Part shown: piece after piece, positions 1-9,920 of the stretch | Layout: each line of letters opens with the position of its first letter | How positions within the stretch are numbered: position 1 is the first letter of the stretch | Source: Longimicrobiales bacterium | Lineage (GTDB): Bacteria; Gemmatimonadota; Gemmatimonadetes; Longimicrobiales; Gaopeijiaceae | Direction of reading: 5' to 3' | Length of the DNA stretch: 64,000 nucleotides | Assembly: GCA_028278645.1 (NCBI GenBank) | Contig: JANQDZ010000034.1 | Span: forward strand, 198,261-262,260 | Notes under the pieces: generated by a model | Database searches by the model: none | What the model saw: only the letters and a program-made list of their open reading frames with translations | Told to the model about the DNA's origin: nothing | Made by a program: the position numbers and the translations under genes

Positions 1-501
1 CACCCCGACACTCGGGTGATCGCTGACACCGGTGAAAGAAACTACCGGGCCTATCCGTACGGAGGTTACGCCCAACTGAACAACACTTCCCTTCTTTTCC
101 CCGGAACTATCGACCCTCGGCGTCCCCCCAAAGAGAGGGTGCTGGGGATACCCTCGGGGACCGGCGGGATCACCTATCCATATGGCGCCTTGGACGAAGT
201 CGGACCCGTGGCGGTTGTCCACGGAAGCCTCTCCGGCGCCCCACATGTGGTCTTCTGGGATCGGGACCGGGAAGCGGCCATGGCGTTTCACCCGAGCCTG
301 GACGGGCAAGAGCTGACCTTCTCAGTGGTAAACGGAGCCATCGTCGATGACCAGTCTGGGTCGACCTGGCAGGTCGATGGAACCGCCGTGGAGGGGCCGA
401 ACGCTGGCATGCGTTTGGTAGGCGTGGCCGAGGCATTCATCGCTTTTTGGTTCGCCTGGCCAACGTTTTACCCCGCCGTCGAGCTCTGGGGCGCCCAATG
501 A
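1..501 (+). CDS. DUF3179-family protein, 5'-truncated at the window edge
   Basis: The frame is open from position 1, so the gene starts upstream of the window. The C-terminal ...HVVFWDRD...GSTWQVDGTAVEGP...AFIAFWFAWPTFYP motif resembles the DUF3179 C-terminus (H..FWFAW..F.P). Its stop overlaps the next start as ATGA at 498-501. Confidence 0.5.
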   Translation, partial: HPDTRVIADTGERNYRAYPYGGYAQLNNTSLLFPGTIDPRRPPKERVLGIPSGTGGITYPYGALDEVGPVAVVHGSLSGAPHVVFWDRDREAAMAFHPSLDGQELTFSVVNGAIVDDQSGSTWQVDGTAVEGPNAGMRLVGVAEAFIAFWFAWPTFYPAVELWGAQ

Positions 502-1469
502 CAACTCGAAAGACGGCGGCGGGGACAGCCCCGGGATACCGGATCGGCACGCTCCGAGCGGCTCTCTGGATTGGTGTCTTTGTCCCGCTCCCGCTGGTGG
601 GTCAGGCGATCTGCTCGGCCCCACACTCCTCCCCGACCTTGGCTCAATCCGGGTCGCTGAGGACCCTTCCCAAGGGAGGTGGATGGATCCAGGTGGCGGC
701 ATACAGTCAAAGGGCAACCGATTTTTTCGATCCGAATGGTGACCGGCAAGCCTTCCTGGCCGATTCGGAATTCGACACCCGGTCCATTTATCTCACCGGA
801 GCGGTGGGGCTCGCCACCGGGGTCGAGATCTGGGCTCAGGTTCCCGTGCACAATTTAGACGTGGAAAGTCTGGGAGGGGATTCGCGAACCTCCGGCCTTG
901 GCGACATCCGGGTGGCGGCCCGCATTGGTTCGGAGCTTCTGGGTCTGGACCTTCCCCTCTCCCTTCGCCTCGGAGCGAAGATCCCAGGGAGTGACTTCCC
1001 CGTGGACGCCACCATCCTCCCGCTGACCGAAGGGCAGCGGGATTGGGAAGCAAGCCTGGAGGCCGGATTCATCCTCCCCGATCGGTCCGAGTATCTCATG
1101 GGATGGGTGGGGTACCGGTGGCGCGAAGAGAACAAAGAAGCCGCCAGGGAACCTGGCGATGAGCTTTTTGCGTCCCTCTCGGTGGGCGGAACGCTCGGCA
1201 CCCTGAGCTGGGGGATCACGGCAGACGCCCTGTGGGGTGGGGTCCCGTTGGCTCAGGGGTTCGAGCTGCCAGGGGACAAAAGGCGGTTGGTCCAAATCCT
1301 CCCGACCATCGGGACCCAGGTGGGACCAGGCCGGTTGGAGGTCACCGGTCAGGTACCTTTATCCGGTCAGAACCTCCCGGTTGGCGTCGGGGCCAGCCTG
1401 GGATACCGGATTTCGTGGGGCCTCGAACCCTCGCCTCTGACAGACCTGAGGGACTTCTTCGGAGTGTAG
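498..1469 (+). CDS. Outer-membrane beta-barrel protein (putative porin/transporter) with a signal peptide
   Basis: ATG at 498 overlaps the upstream TGA. The N-terminus MTTRKTAAG...ALWIGVFVPLPLVGQA is signal-peptide-like. The rest shows alternating hydrophobic beta-strand periodicity and ends in an aromatic residue region (ISWGL). Confidence 0.45.
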   Translation: MTTRKTAAGTAPGYRIGTLRAALWIGVFVPLPLVGQAICSAPHSSPTLAQSGSLRTLPKGGGWIQVAAYSQRATDFFDPNGDRQAFLADSEFDTRSIYLTGAVGLATGVEIWAQVPVHNLDVESLGGDSRTSGLGDIRVAARIGSELLGLDLPLSLRLGAKIPGSDFPVDATILPLTEGQRDWEASLEAGFILPDRSEYLMGWVGYRWREENKEAAREPGDELFASLSVGGTLGTLSWGITADALWGGVPLAQGFELPGDKRRLVQILPTIGTQVGPGRLEVTGQVPLSGQNLPVGVGASLGYRISWGLEPSPLTDLRDFFGV

Positions 1470-1658
1470 CGCCGGGTCTTCGGGTGAGGGCGCCGAGCCC
1501 TTGCAGGTTTAGCCGGCCATTGGCTGATCCTGGCAGAAGGGTCATCTTTCCTCGCCCAAGGAGGTGACCCTGAAAGCCGAAACACCCAACCGTCTGCTCG
1601 AGCCCTCTCGCCCTGGCCCACCGGTCCAAGCCGATCACTGGACGGGGGGGTGCGGAAA

Positions 1659-3626
1659 ATGACCCTCCTGGCCCTTTCCTCGGTGTCCGTTCAGTTCGGC
1701 GCGGAACCCCTCCTGACCGATGTGAGCTTCACCGTTGCCGCTGGGGAGCGCTGGGGAATTGTCGGGCGAAACGGAACAGGGAAAACCACTCTCCTCAACT
1801 TGATCCGAGGCACTCAACCCCCGGAGTCGGGGACCATCCACCGAAAGCCGGGTGTGCGGATGACGATGCTGGATCAGCATCGTGAATTCGGAGCTGCCAC
1901 CACCGTTTGGGAGGCCGCCGCCGGGGGATACCAAGACCTTCTTGCATTGGAAACCTCCGTTTCCGGGGAGACAAACCGCCTCGGATCCCTCGGCACGGCG
2001 GTCACCCAGGCCGACCTGGATCGACTGGACCGGCTCCAGGAACGGTTCCACCACGAAGGAGGCTACGCCTACCACGCGCGAGTCGATGCGGTGCTACAGG
2101 GACTCGGATTCGACGCGGAAGCCTCCCGCACGCGGTCCCTGTCGGAGTTGAGCGGGGGCGAGAGAGGCCGGGTGGGATTGGCAGCCCAGCTTGCGGCTCC
2201 CGCCGATCTAGTACTTCTGGACGAGCCCACCAATCATCTGGATCTGGACACCATCGAGTGGCTGAAGCGACACCTGGAAGAGTCGGGGCGGGCCGTGCTG
2301 GTGATCAGCCATGACCGTGCCTTCCTCGATGATTTCGCGGGCCATGTCCTCCACCTCTCCGGCGGATCGGCCGTTCCATATCGGGGCGGATACTCGGCGT
2401 TCGCTACCCAAAGAGCCCAAGCCCTTCTCACCCAACAAAGGGAAGCCGAAGAACAGAGGCGCGAGGTGGCGCGGCAGGAAGAGTTTGTCCGCAAAAACAT
2501 CGCCGGACAGAAAACCCTCCAAGCCCAGAGTCGCCGGAAGATGTTGGCCCGGTTACCGCGCTTATCACCGCCCCCGACGGAAGACGACCCCATGGCTGTC
2601 CGGTTCGAGGCCGCTCACCGCGGCGGGGACCAAGTCCTGGTCATCCAGGACTTGGGGATTGGAATCGGTGACAAACACCTGGTCGACGGGTTCTCCGCCG
2701 TCGCCCGGAGGGGGGACGTGATCGCTGTCGTAGGCCCCAATGGCTCTGGAAAGTCGACGCTCCTCTCCACGGTCCTGGGTGATCGACCGCCCACCACCGG
2801 ACAGGTGAAGATCGGCGTCGGGATCTCCCCAGCTTGGTTCCGACAGGACCACGCTCACCTACCCCCGGACCGAACGCTTTTCGACTGCATCGGCGACGCA
2901 AGGCCCACCTGGAACCGTGGGGACATCCAAGCACATCTGGGCCGTTTTGGTTTCTCAGGGGATACGGTCAAGCGCACCACCAATTCCCTTTCCGGAGGGG
3001 AAAGAGCCCGGGTCGCCCTCGCTCTCATCACCCTCCAGGGGGCCAATCTCCTGGCACTGGACGAACCCACCAATCACCTGGATGTAGAGTCCATCGAAGC
3101 GCTGGAGGACGCTTTGGAGAACTACCCCGGAACGGTCCTCCTCGTCAGTCACGACAGAGCTTTGCTCAGAGAGCTGACCACTCGTGTTTGGGCCTTCGTC
3201 GACGGAGGCCTTCACGACTATCCGGGACCTTTCGTGGATTGGGAGGAGAAAGTGGCCCGGGAGACCGAAGTCCGGGCCGCAGCAAAGGCAGAATCCGAGC
3301 GCCTTGCGAGAGCCGAGGCGAAGGAACAGAGCCGAAAGGCGACTGAGGCGAAAAAGGCGGCAGAAGCCCCCCTTCGATCTGCTCGGAAAACCCTCCGGGA
3401 GGCGGAGGAAAGAGTCCAGGAGGCCGAATCAGAGGTGGCCGGACTGGAGGCTGCGCTGGCCGATCCAACCCTATATGACGGTAGCCCGGAGCAATCCGAG
3501 GAGGCAGGCCGTTTGACCGCCAGCCTTCGAGAGGCTAGGGAAGCTCTTGACCAAGCCATGGGAGCCTGGATGGAAGCAGGGAACGCCCTCGAGGGCCTTG
3601 AAAGCTCCGATCCGGAGGAAATCTGA
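1659..3626 (+). CDS. ABC-F family ATPase (Uup-like; two ABC cassettes plus a C-terminal coiled-coil)
   Basis: Two Walker A motifs (GRNGTGKTT, GPNGSGKST), two LSGGE signatures and two Walker B motifs (LLDEPTNHLD, ALDEPTNHLD). The lysine/glutamate/alanine-rich C-terminal extension looks coiled-coil. A GGGGGTG purine run precedes the ATG at 1659. Confidence 0.85.
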   Translation: MTLLALSSVSVQFGAEPLLTDVSFTVAAGERWGIVGRNGTGKTTLLNLIRGTQPPESGTIHRKPGVRMTMLDQHREFGAATTVWEAAAGGYQDLLALETSVSGETNRLGSLGTAVTQADLDRLDRLQERFHHEGGYAYHARVDAVLQGLGFDAEASRTRSLSELSGGERGRVGLAAQLAAPADLVLLDEPTNHLDLDTIEWLKRHLEESGRAVLVISHDRAFLDDFAGHVLHLSGGSAVPYRGGYSAFATQRAQALLTQQREAEEQRREVARQEEFVRKNIAGQKTLQAQSRRKMLARLPRLSPPPTEDDPMAVRFEAAHRGGDQVLVIQDLGIGIGDKHLVDGFSAVARRGDVIAVVGPNGSGKSTLLSTVLGDRPPTTGQVKIGVGISPAWFRQDHAHLPPDRTLFDCIGDARPTWNRGDIQAHLGRFGFSGDTVKRTTNSLSGGERARVALALITLQGANLLALDEPTNHLDVESIEALEDALENYPGTVLLVSHDRALLRELTTRVWAFVDGGLHDYPGPFVDWEEKVARETEVRAAAKAESERLARAEAKEQSRKATEAKKAAEAPLRSARKTLREAEERVQEAESEVAGLEAALADPTLYDGSPEQSEEAGRLTASLREAREALDQAMGAWMEAGNALEGLESSDPEEI

Positions 3627-3876
3627 AAAAACCACGGGATTCTCGGTTCTTAGCACGGCCGGAAAGAAGGTACCGGAGCGACCAGAAGAGTTTTCCACCC
3701 TCCAACTCACCGTTTTTCCACACCGTCCTCTGTTTCTGCGTAACCTCTTGATTTAAAACGTCTTACAGCTAACGACCGCCCCGCCAGGGATCGGGGGACG
3801 GATGGCGTGGCCGTTGCAGCCTACCTGGTTTTGTATCGCCCTTCCCGACCACCCCACCACCGGCGAGGACAGACCA

Positions 3877-6800
3877 ATGGCTACGAAGAGGCTCGTACTG
3901 ACAGCTGTGGTCCTCGCCTTTTTGACCTCCTCCTGCGACGGCGGAGCCCCGAAGCTCCCGGTTGAGGCCCCTTTTCAAGGAAGGGTTGAAGGTGTGGTTT
4001 CAGCGGAGGGATCCGTTCTCTCCGGGGTCACCGTAAAACTCACCGGGGCCAGGTTCCTCACCGGCCAAACCTCCACGACCGGAGGTTTCTCCTTCCGGGA
4101 TCTGCCGGTCGGCGATTACGTGGTGGAGATAGCCGGCTTCCCCGAGCACGTGGAGTTCTCGGTTACTACCAAAACCGCAAGCCTCAAAAAAGGAAGCGGG
4201 CACGCAAAGGTTGACTTCACGGGAGCAAAAAAACGAGATGCCGGGATCCAGGGCATAGTGACAGTCGAAGGGACCGGGTTGGCCGGGATCGGGGTTTCCG
4301 TGACCGGTCCCGAATCCCGGACTTCCACAACCACCGCCCAGGGATCCTTCTCAATCAGCGGCCTGATCCGAGGCGTCTACTCCGTGGCCGTATCCGGGTA
4401 CGATCCCACCATTTACGCTTTTAATCCCGAAAGCCAGTCGGCAGACGTTCAAGACGGGAGTACCGCTGAGCTCACCTTCTCCGGCACCCTCGTTCCTCAA
4501 CCCCCTTCCCCACCGACAGACCTCTTGGCCGTCGCCGTGGGGTCTGCGGCCGTTGCGTTGAGTTGGACCGATGCGTCCGACGACGAAACCAGATTCGATA
4601 TCGAACGGAAGCTCGGTTCGGACGGAAGCTGGGGCCAAATCGGAGCCAACGCTCCAGACCAAACAGCCTTCGAGGATCTGGGGCTGAGCCCGAACACGAC
4701 CTACTTCTACAGGGTCCGAGCATGCAACGACGTGGGTTGCTCGGAGTTCGCCACGGAAGCGGAGGCCACGACCGACGAGGTCCCTCCTCAAGCCCCCACC
4801 GGGCTGCACGCCTCGGCCACCGGGCCTTTCACCGTCGCCCTCACCTGGAATGACGAATCGGTCAACGAGTCCAGCTTCGAGATCGAGCGAAAACACGCCA
4901 GCGCCGGCACCTGGGCCCAGATCAGCACCACAGATCCTGACGCGACGGCTTTTGGGGATTCGGGGTTGGATCCGAACACCGCCTACGTCTACCGGGTCCG
5001 GGCCTGCAACGAAGTCGGCTGCTCCGACTATACAGGGGAGGAAGACGTAACCACCGATAAGGTGCCACCCGACGCCCCCACTGGCCTGGTGGCCTCCCCC
5101 ACCGGATCGGCGTCGGTATCGGTGAGTTGGACGGACGGCTCGAACAACGAAAGCCGGTTCGAGGTGGAGCGAACCCAGGGGTCCGGGAACCCATGGGCCC
5201 CGGTCGGGCAGGTGGGCGCCGATGCACAGGTCTTCGCTGACGCCGGTCTGACACCGAACACGGCGTATACCTATCGAGTCCGAGCATGCAACGTGGCAGG
5301 GTGCTCTGCTTTTTCCAACGAGGGGAGCGCGGTCACCAACGAAGTCCCGCCGGATGCACCTGCGGAGTTGGCAGCTACTGTCACGGGCCCTTACTCGGCG
5401 GACCTGAGTTGGACTGATGCCTCCAGCAACGAGTCCACATTCCGTCTGGAGCGGAAGGTTTTCCCCGCCGGTAGCTGGACCGAGGTGGGAACCACGGGAG
5501 TCAATACAACTTCTGCGGCGGACGGCGGCCTCACCCCCGCAACGACCTACGCCTATCGGCTGCGGGCCTGTAACGACGTGGGCTGTTCTCCTTACTCCAA
5601 CGAGGCCACCGCGACCACCCCTGATATCCCCCCGACCGAACCATCGAACCTGGCAGCCAACGCCACCGGGCCCACGAATGTGGATCTGAGCTGGACCGAC
5701 GAATCCACGAACGAGGACCTGTTCCGCGTCGAGAGGCGGGAGGGAGCAGCTGGAAGCTGGACGGAAGTGGGAACGCCGACAGCCAACTCCAACGGCTTCT
5801 CCGACGGCGGCCTGACACCGACTACCGAATACTTTTACCGGGTTCGAGCATGCAACACATCCGGCTGTTCCCCGTACTCGGGTGAAGCCAGCGCCACTAC
5901 AACCCAGGCGCTCCCCTCCGCTCCCACCGGCCTGACCGCATCCCTGGTCCCCCTCAACACCGTCGATCTCGGATGGACGGACACCTCCGGCGACGAGAGC
6001 TACTTCAAGGTCGAAAGAAAGCAAGGCGCCGCCGGATCCTGGGGGGAGATCACGACCCGCCCTGCCAACTCCACCTCCCATTCCGACGCGGGCCTGGGCT
6101 TCGGTACCACGTATTTCTATCGGGTATCAGCCTGTAACACCGGGGGTTGTTCGGCCCCCTCCAACCAGGCCGGGGCCACGACCTCGGAAAGCATCCCGAA
6201 CGCTCCGACGGGATTGATCCCCACGGTCACCGGCTCCACTACCGTGGAGGTGGCGTGGACCGACGCGTCGGGGAACGAGACGGGGTTCCGGGTGGAAAGG
6301 GACGAGGCCGGAGCTGGAACGTTCGCCTTCTCGTCGAACTTGCCGGCCAACTCAACCTCCTTCAGTGACTCCGGGCTGACCCCGAATACTCTCTATTCCT
6401 ACCGGGTGTTCGCATTCAACGCATCAGGAGAGGCAGTATCAACCACCGAGAGTGTCACCACTTCCGCCGGGGGAGGCGGTCCGAACCTCACGATCGGGAA
6501 CCTCTACCTGACCCAGAGTAGCCAGAGCCTGGCCGGAGACGTCCCCCTGGTGGCCAACAAAGACGGGTATCTGAGAGTGTTCGCCCTGGCCTCCGAATCC
6601 AACACTCTCCAACCCTCCGTCCGGGTCCAGTTCTTTCACGGTGGGTCTCCGGTCCACACCGAAACCCTCCTGGCCCCTGGAACCTCCGTACCGACATCGG
6701 TGGACGAATCCACCCTGGCGGCCTCCTGGAACGTACCGGTCTCGGGGAGCCTGATTCAGCCGGGCTTGTCAATCCTGGCCGAAGTCGATCCTTCAAACTC

Positions 6801-8043
6801 CGTGGCCGAAGGGAACGAAGGGGACAACTACTTCCCGGTGAGCGGTTCCCCTCAAGCCATGGACGTGAGAACCACCTCGGAGTTCGAGGTCACCTTCGTA
6901 CCTGTTAAGCAGAGCGTGAATGACCTCGTTGGGGACGTGTCGGCCGGAAACGTGTCAGACTTCATGGACGTGACCATGCGGATGCTTCCCATCGCCCAGG
7001 CCGATGTTGATATCCACGCCGAGTACGTCACCAACGCCCCGGAGCTGGAGAGCGACAACGCCAATGGTGCTTGGGGCACGATCCTGAGCGAGATCAACTC
7101 GCTCAGAGTCCTGGAAGGCTCGTCCAGGTACTACTACGGTGTGGTTAAGACCAGCTACGGAAGTGGAGTCGCCGGGATGGGGTACCTCGGTTGGCCGGCA
7201 GCCATCGGATGGGATCATCTGCCCAGTGGTTCGGGTGTAGCCGCCCACGAGTGGGGGCACAACTGGGATCTTCGCCACTCACCTGGATGTGGAGCGGGGA
7301 ACCCCGATCCCCTGTATCCCTACGCCGACGGGAAGATCGGCGTCTGGGGTTTTGACGTGAACCCCGAAGCGCTCAAGTCCCCCTCCACCCGCTATGATTT
7401 CATGACCTACTGTAATCCGGATTGGATCAGCGATTACACCTACAAGAAGGTCCTGGAGTACCGACAGATGCACGGCGCCCACGGAGCTTCCGGAGGCCCG
7501 GAGCCGAGTCTTCTGGTTTGGGGACGGGTCGAAGGCGGCCAGATCATACTGGAACCGGCCTTCGAGGTGACGGCTGTTCCGACCCTGCCCACCGAGGTTG
7601 GGGACTATGTCCTCCAGGGTGCGGACCAAGACGGCACCGCCCTTTTTTCCCTTTCTTTCCAACCCATCCCAGTTCCGGACGCCGAGGGGGCCGAGGGCCA
7701 CTTCGCCTTCGCCATCCCCCTCGACACCTTCGACCGGCGGGAGCTCACCCAGCTCAGGGTGACCGGTGGTGGACAGGCCCCAGCCGTCATGCAGCGCCGG
7801 GTAGGGCCCCAAATGGTGTCAGGACCTGGAGCGGAGTTCACCCCACGCGGTACCGCCTCTGTCGAGGTGACCTGGGACGCCGCGGCCTTCCCCATGGCCT
7901 TGGTCAGGGATCCCAACACCGGAGAGGTCCTGAGTTTCGCCCGAAACGGACGGATCGAGCTGCCGATTCAATCGGCCGAGGTGGAGATTCTTTTTTCGGA
8001 CGGAACCAACAGCCCGGAACGGATCCGCAGAACGGTGCGGTAG
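3877..8043 (+). CDS. Surface lipoprotein: two Carboxypeptidase-regulatory-like domains, seven FN3 repeats, and a C-terminal metzincin-like zinc metalloprotease domain
   Basis: ATG at 3877 follows a GAGGA run. MATKRLVLTAVVLAFLTSSC is a signal peptide with a lipobox (LTSS|C). Seven ~96-aa repeats share the pattern APTGL..T....V.LSWTD.S.NE..F.VERK..GSW..VG...AN.T.F.D.GL.PNT.Y.YRVRACN..GCS. The C-terminal domain carries HEWGHNWDLRH, i.e. HExxHxxxxxH, which resembles the reprolysin/M12B extended zinc-binding motif. Confidence 0.8.
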   Translation: MATKRLVLTAVVLAFLTSSCDGGAPKLPVEAPFQGRVEGVVSAEGSVLSGVTVKLTGARFLTGQTSTTGGFSFRDLPVGDYVVEIAGFPEHVEFSVTTKTASLKKGSGHAKVDFTGAKKRDAGIQGIVTVEGTGLAGIGVSVTGPESRTSTTTAQGSFSISGLIRGVYSVAVSGYDPTIYAFNPESQSADVQDGSTAELTFSGTLVPQPPSPPTDLLAVAVGSAAVALSWTDASDDETRFDIERKLGSDGSWGQIGANAPDQTAFEDLGLSPNTTYFYRVRACNDVGCSEFATEAEATTDEVPPQAPTGLHASATGPFTVALTWNDESVNESSFEIERKHASAGTWAQISTTDPDATAFGDSGLDPNTAYVYRVRACNEVGCSDYTGEEDVTTDKVPPDAPTGLVASPTGSASVSVSWTDGSNNESRFEVERTQGSGNPWAPVGQVGADAQVFADAGLTPNTAYTYRVRACNVAGCSAFSNEGSAVTNEVPPDAPAELAATVTGPYSADLSWTDASSNESTFRLERKVFPAGSWTEVGTTGVNTTSAADGGLTPATTYAYRLRACNDVGCSPYSNEATATTPDIPPTEPSNLAANATGPTNVDLSWTDESTNEDLFRVERREGAAGSWTEVGTPTANSNGFSDGGLTPTTEYFYRVRACNTSGCSPYSGEASATTTQALPSAPTGLTASLVPLNTVDLGWTDTSGDESYFKVERKQGAAGSWGEITTRPANSTSHSDAGLGFGTTYFYRVSACNTGGCSAPSNQAGATTSESIPNAPTGLIPTVTGSTTVEVAWTDASGNETGFRVERDEAGAGTFAFSSNLPANSTSFSDSGLTPNTLYSYRVFAFNASGEAVSTTESVTTSAGGGGPNLTIGNLYLTQSSQSLAGDVPLVANKDGYLRVFALASESNTLQPSVRVQFFHGGSPVHTETLLAPGTSVPTSVDESTLAASWNVPVSGSLIQPGLSILAEVDPSNSVAEGNEGDNYFPVSGSPQAMDVRTTSEFEVTFVPVKQSVNDLVGDVSAGNVSDFMDVTMRMLPIAQADVDIHAEYVTNAPELESDNANGAWGTILSEINSLRVLEGSSRYYYGVVKTSYGSGVAGMGYLGWPAAIGWDHLPSGSGVAAHEWGHNWDLRHSPGCGAGNPDPLYPYADGKIGVWGFDVNPEALKSPSTRYDFMTYCNPDWISDYTYKKVLEYRQMHGAHGASGGPEPSLLVWGRVEGGQIILEPAFEVTAVPTLPTEVGDYVLQGADQDGTALFSLSFQPIPVPDAEGAEGHFAFAIPLDTFDRRELTQLRVTGGGQAPAVMQRRVGPQMVSGPGAEFTPRGTASVEVTWDAAAFPMALVRDPNTGEVLSFARNGRIELPIQSAEVEILFSDGTNSPERIRRTVR
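4497..6470 (+). repeat. Seven in-frame tandem repeats of ~288 bp, each encoding one FN3 module
   Basis: The periodic protein repeats listed above lie inside the CDS. The repeat DNA yields a long spurious antisense ORF (4351..6081, minus strand). Confidence 0.7.
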
Positions 8044-8136
8044 ACGGAGGTCCGGGGCCGGTGCACTTGCCGGCCCTCGGCCTCCCACCCCAGAGTACCC
8101 TCAGGACTAACCCGATATCGTGGCCCTGAGGCGTTT

Positions 8137-9897
8137 ATGAGATACCTACCCGCCATCGTCATCTTTTTGACCTCGGTACCCTTCGCTCCGACCTCTCAGC
8201 TGATGGGTCAGACCAGGAAGCCACCCCCCACTCTGCCCCCTGCCCTGGAGACCTACCAGGCCTACGCCCAGGAAGTCGTGTCAGGGGATCGAGCCCGGGC
8301 CATGGTGGATTTTATGGACCCGTCCTACCGGGTCCCGGGAAACCGCAGCTTCAACGCGGCCATTCAAGAAGTCGTAAGGGCTTTGGAGGCGGTCGGCTAT
8401 GTGAAAGAGTCAGAGGCCGCCGCGGACCGTCTGACCTACCGCATCGAAACCCGTGAGATGACCCGCCCGGCTTGGGATCCGGTCCATGCCTCCCTGAGTA
8501 TCGTCGGGCAAGAGCGGCCCCTCATGACGCTGGACACCAACATCAACCTGATGGCGGCGTACTCCCATTCCATCCCAGGAGGTGGGGTGGAGGCTGACCT
8601 GGTGGATGTCGGTCGGGGCTCCCCCCAGGACTTCGAAGGCAAGGACGTCCGCGGAAAGATCGTCCTGGGCGATGGGAGCCCTGGCCAACTCTTCCGGAGG
8701 GCGGTTCAGGAACATGGGGCCCTGGGCGTCCTGGCCTATCGCCTCTCCTCGTTTAACCGTCCCGAGGTGAACAGGACCATCGCCGCCATGTCGTCGATTC
8801 CCCACGACGAGGAACTAAAAGCCTGGGGCCTGGCCATTTCTCTGAACGTCCGAGATGTCCTTCGAGATGCAATCGCCGCAGGACCGGTACGGGTCCGCGT
8901 TGAGGTCGAGAGCGAGATGTACCCCTCTGAAGAGCTGACCCTGGTTGCAGACGTCCTGGGTTCCACAATCCCCGAGGAGAGGTTCGTCTATAGTGCCCAC
9001 GTCCAGGAATCGGGGGCCAACGACAATGCCACCGGGGTGGCTGCTCTGGCGGAGGTCGCTCGCGTGTTCGGAGAGGGTGTCCGAGCCGGGACCTTCGATC
9101 CCAACCGTTCTATCTCCATGATCTGGGGCGACGAAATCAGCTCCACGAGGAGGTACCTGGAGGACGACCCGCAAAGGACACAGGGCATTCTTTGGGGACT
9201 GAGTCTGGACATGGTCGGAGAGGACACAGAAAAAACCGGGGGCACCTTCCTCATCGAGAAGATGCCGGATCCGTCGGCAGTATGGACCCGAGGAGACGAC
9301 CAACACACGGAGTGGGGCGGCCGACCCATGACCACGGACCAGATGACGCCTCACTATTTCAACGACTTCGTCCTGAACCGTTGTGAGAATCAGGCGGCCG
9401 AAACCGGGTGGGTGGTCCGGACCAATCCCTACGAGGGAGGAAGCGACCACGTACCCTTCCTGAGGGCCGACATTCCTGGGATCCTCCTCTGGCATTTCAC
9501 CGACCAGTTTTACCACACCGACGGCGACCGGCTGGAGATGGTATCGGCCGAGACCCTGGAGAATTCCAGCGTATGCTCAGCAGTGTCGGCCATGGCCCTC
9601 ACCACCGCCGACGCCGAGTTGGCATCTCATTTCATCGACGAGATCGAGTACGCGGCCCATCGGAGACTCGAGAGGGAGGCCCAGCTAGGCCGGGCCGCCT
9701 TGGAGGCAGGTGGGGACCTCGAAGAGCAGCGCCTTATCCTCACGACCTGGGCCAACTGGTATCTGGACGCCATTCGGGCCACTGAGGACATTCAGGTGGG
9801 AGGCGCCGCTCCAGCCGTCCTATCCCGCATCGCCAGAGCCCTGGACGCTGTGGCAGAAGCAGAAAGGGTTGGCATCGGGGTCCTCGGAGGAGGATGA
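8137..9897 (+). CDS. M28-family zinc aminopeptidase, secreted
   Basis: N-terminal signal peptide MRYLPAIVIFLTSVPFA. Motifs HVQESGANDNATGVAALAEVARVF and GGSDHVPFLRADIPGIL are typical M28 zinc-ligand regions. Confidence 0.7.
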   Translation: MRYLPAIVIFLTSVPFAPTSQLMGQTRKPPPTLPPALETYQAYAQEVVSGDRARAMVDFMDPSYRVPGNRSFNAAIQEVVRALEAVGYVKESEAAADRLTYRIETREMTRPAWDPVHASLSIVGQERPLMTLDTNINLMAAYSHSIPGGGVEADLVDVGRGSPQDFEGKDVRGKIVLGDGSPGQLFRRAVQEHGALGVLAYRLSSFNRPEVNRTIAAMSSIPHDEELKAWGLAISLNVRDVLRDAIAAGPVRVRVEVESEMYPSEELTLVADVLGSTIPEERFVYSAHVQESGANDNATGVAALAEVARVFGEGVRAGTFDPNRSISMIWGDEISSTRRYLEDDPQRTQGILWGLSLDMVGEDTEKTGGTFLIEKMPDPSAVWTRGDDQHTEWGGRPMTTDQMTPHYFNDFVLNRCENQAAETGWVVRTNPYEGGSDHVPFLRADIPGILLWHFTDQFYHTDGDRLEMVSAETLENSSVCSAVSAMALTTADAELASHFIDEIEYAAHRRLEREAQLGRAALEAGGDLEEQRLILTTWANWYLDAIRATEDIQVGGAAPAVLSRIARALDAVAEAERVGIGVLGGG

Positions 9898-9920
9898 TCC
9901 CTTCGGTCAGAAGATGGTTC

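Noticed and set aside
4351-6081. 576-aa minus-strand ORF
   Set aside because: It lies antisense to the FN3 repeat region of the large lipoprotein. Its translation is Gly/Arg/Pro-rich with low complexity, so it is an artefact of high-GC repetitive DNA.
7422-8129. 235-aa plus-strand ORF
   Set aside because: It is an alternative frame inside the metalloprotease domain of the lipoprotein gene. The translation is Arg/Pro/Gly-rich nonsense.
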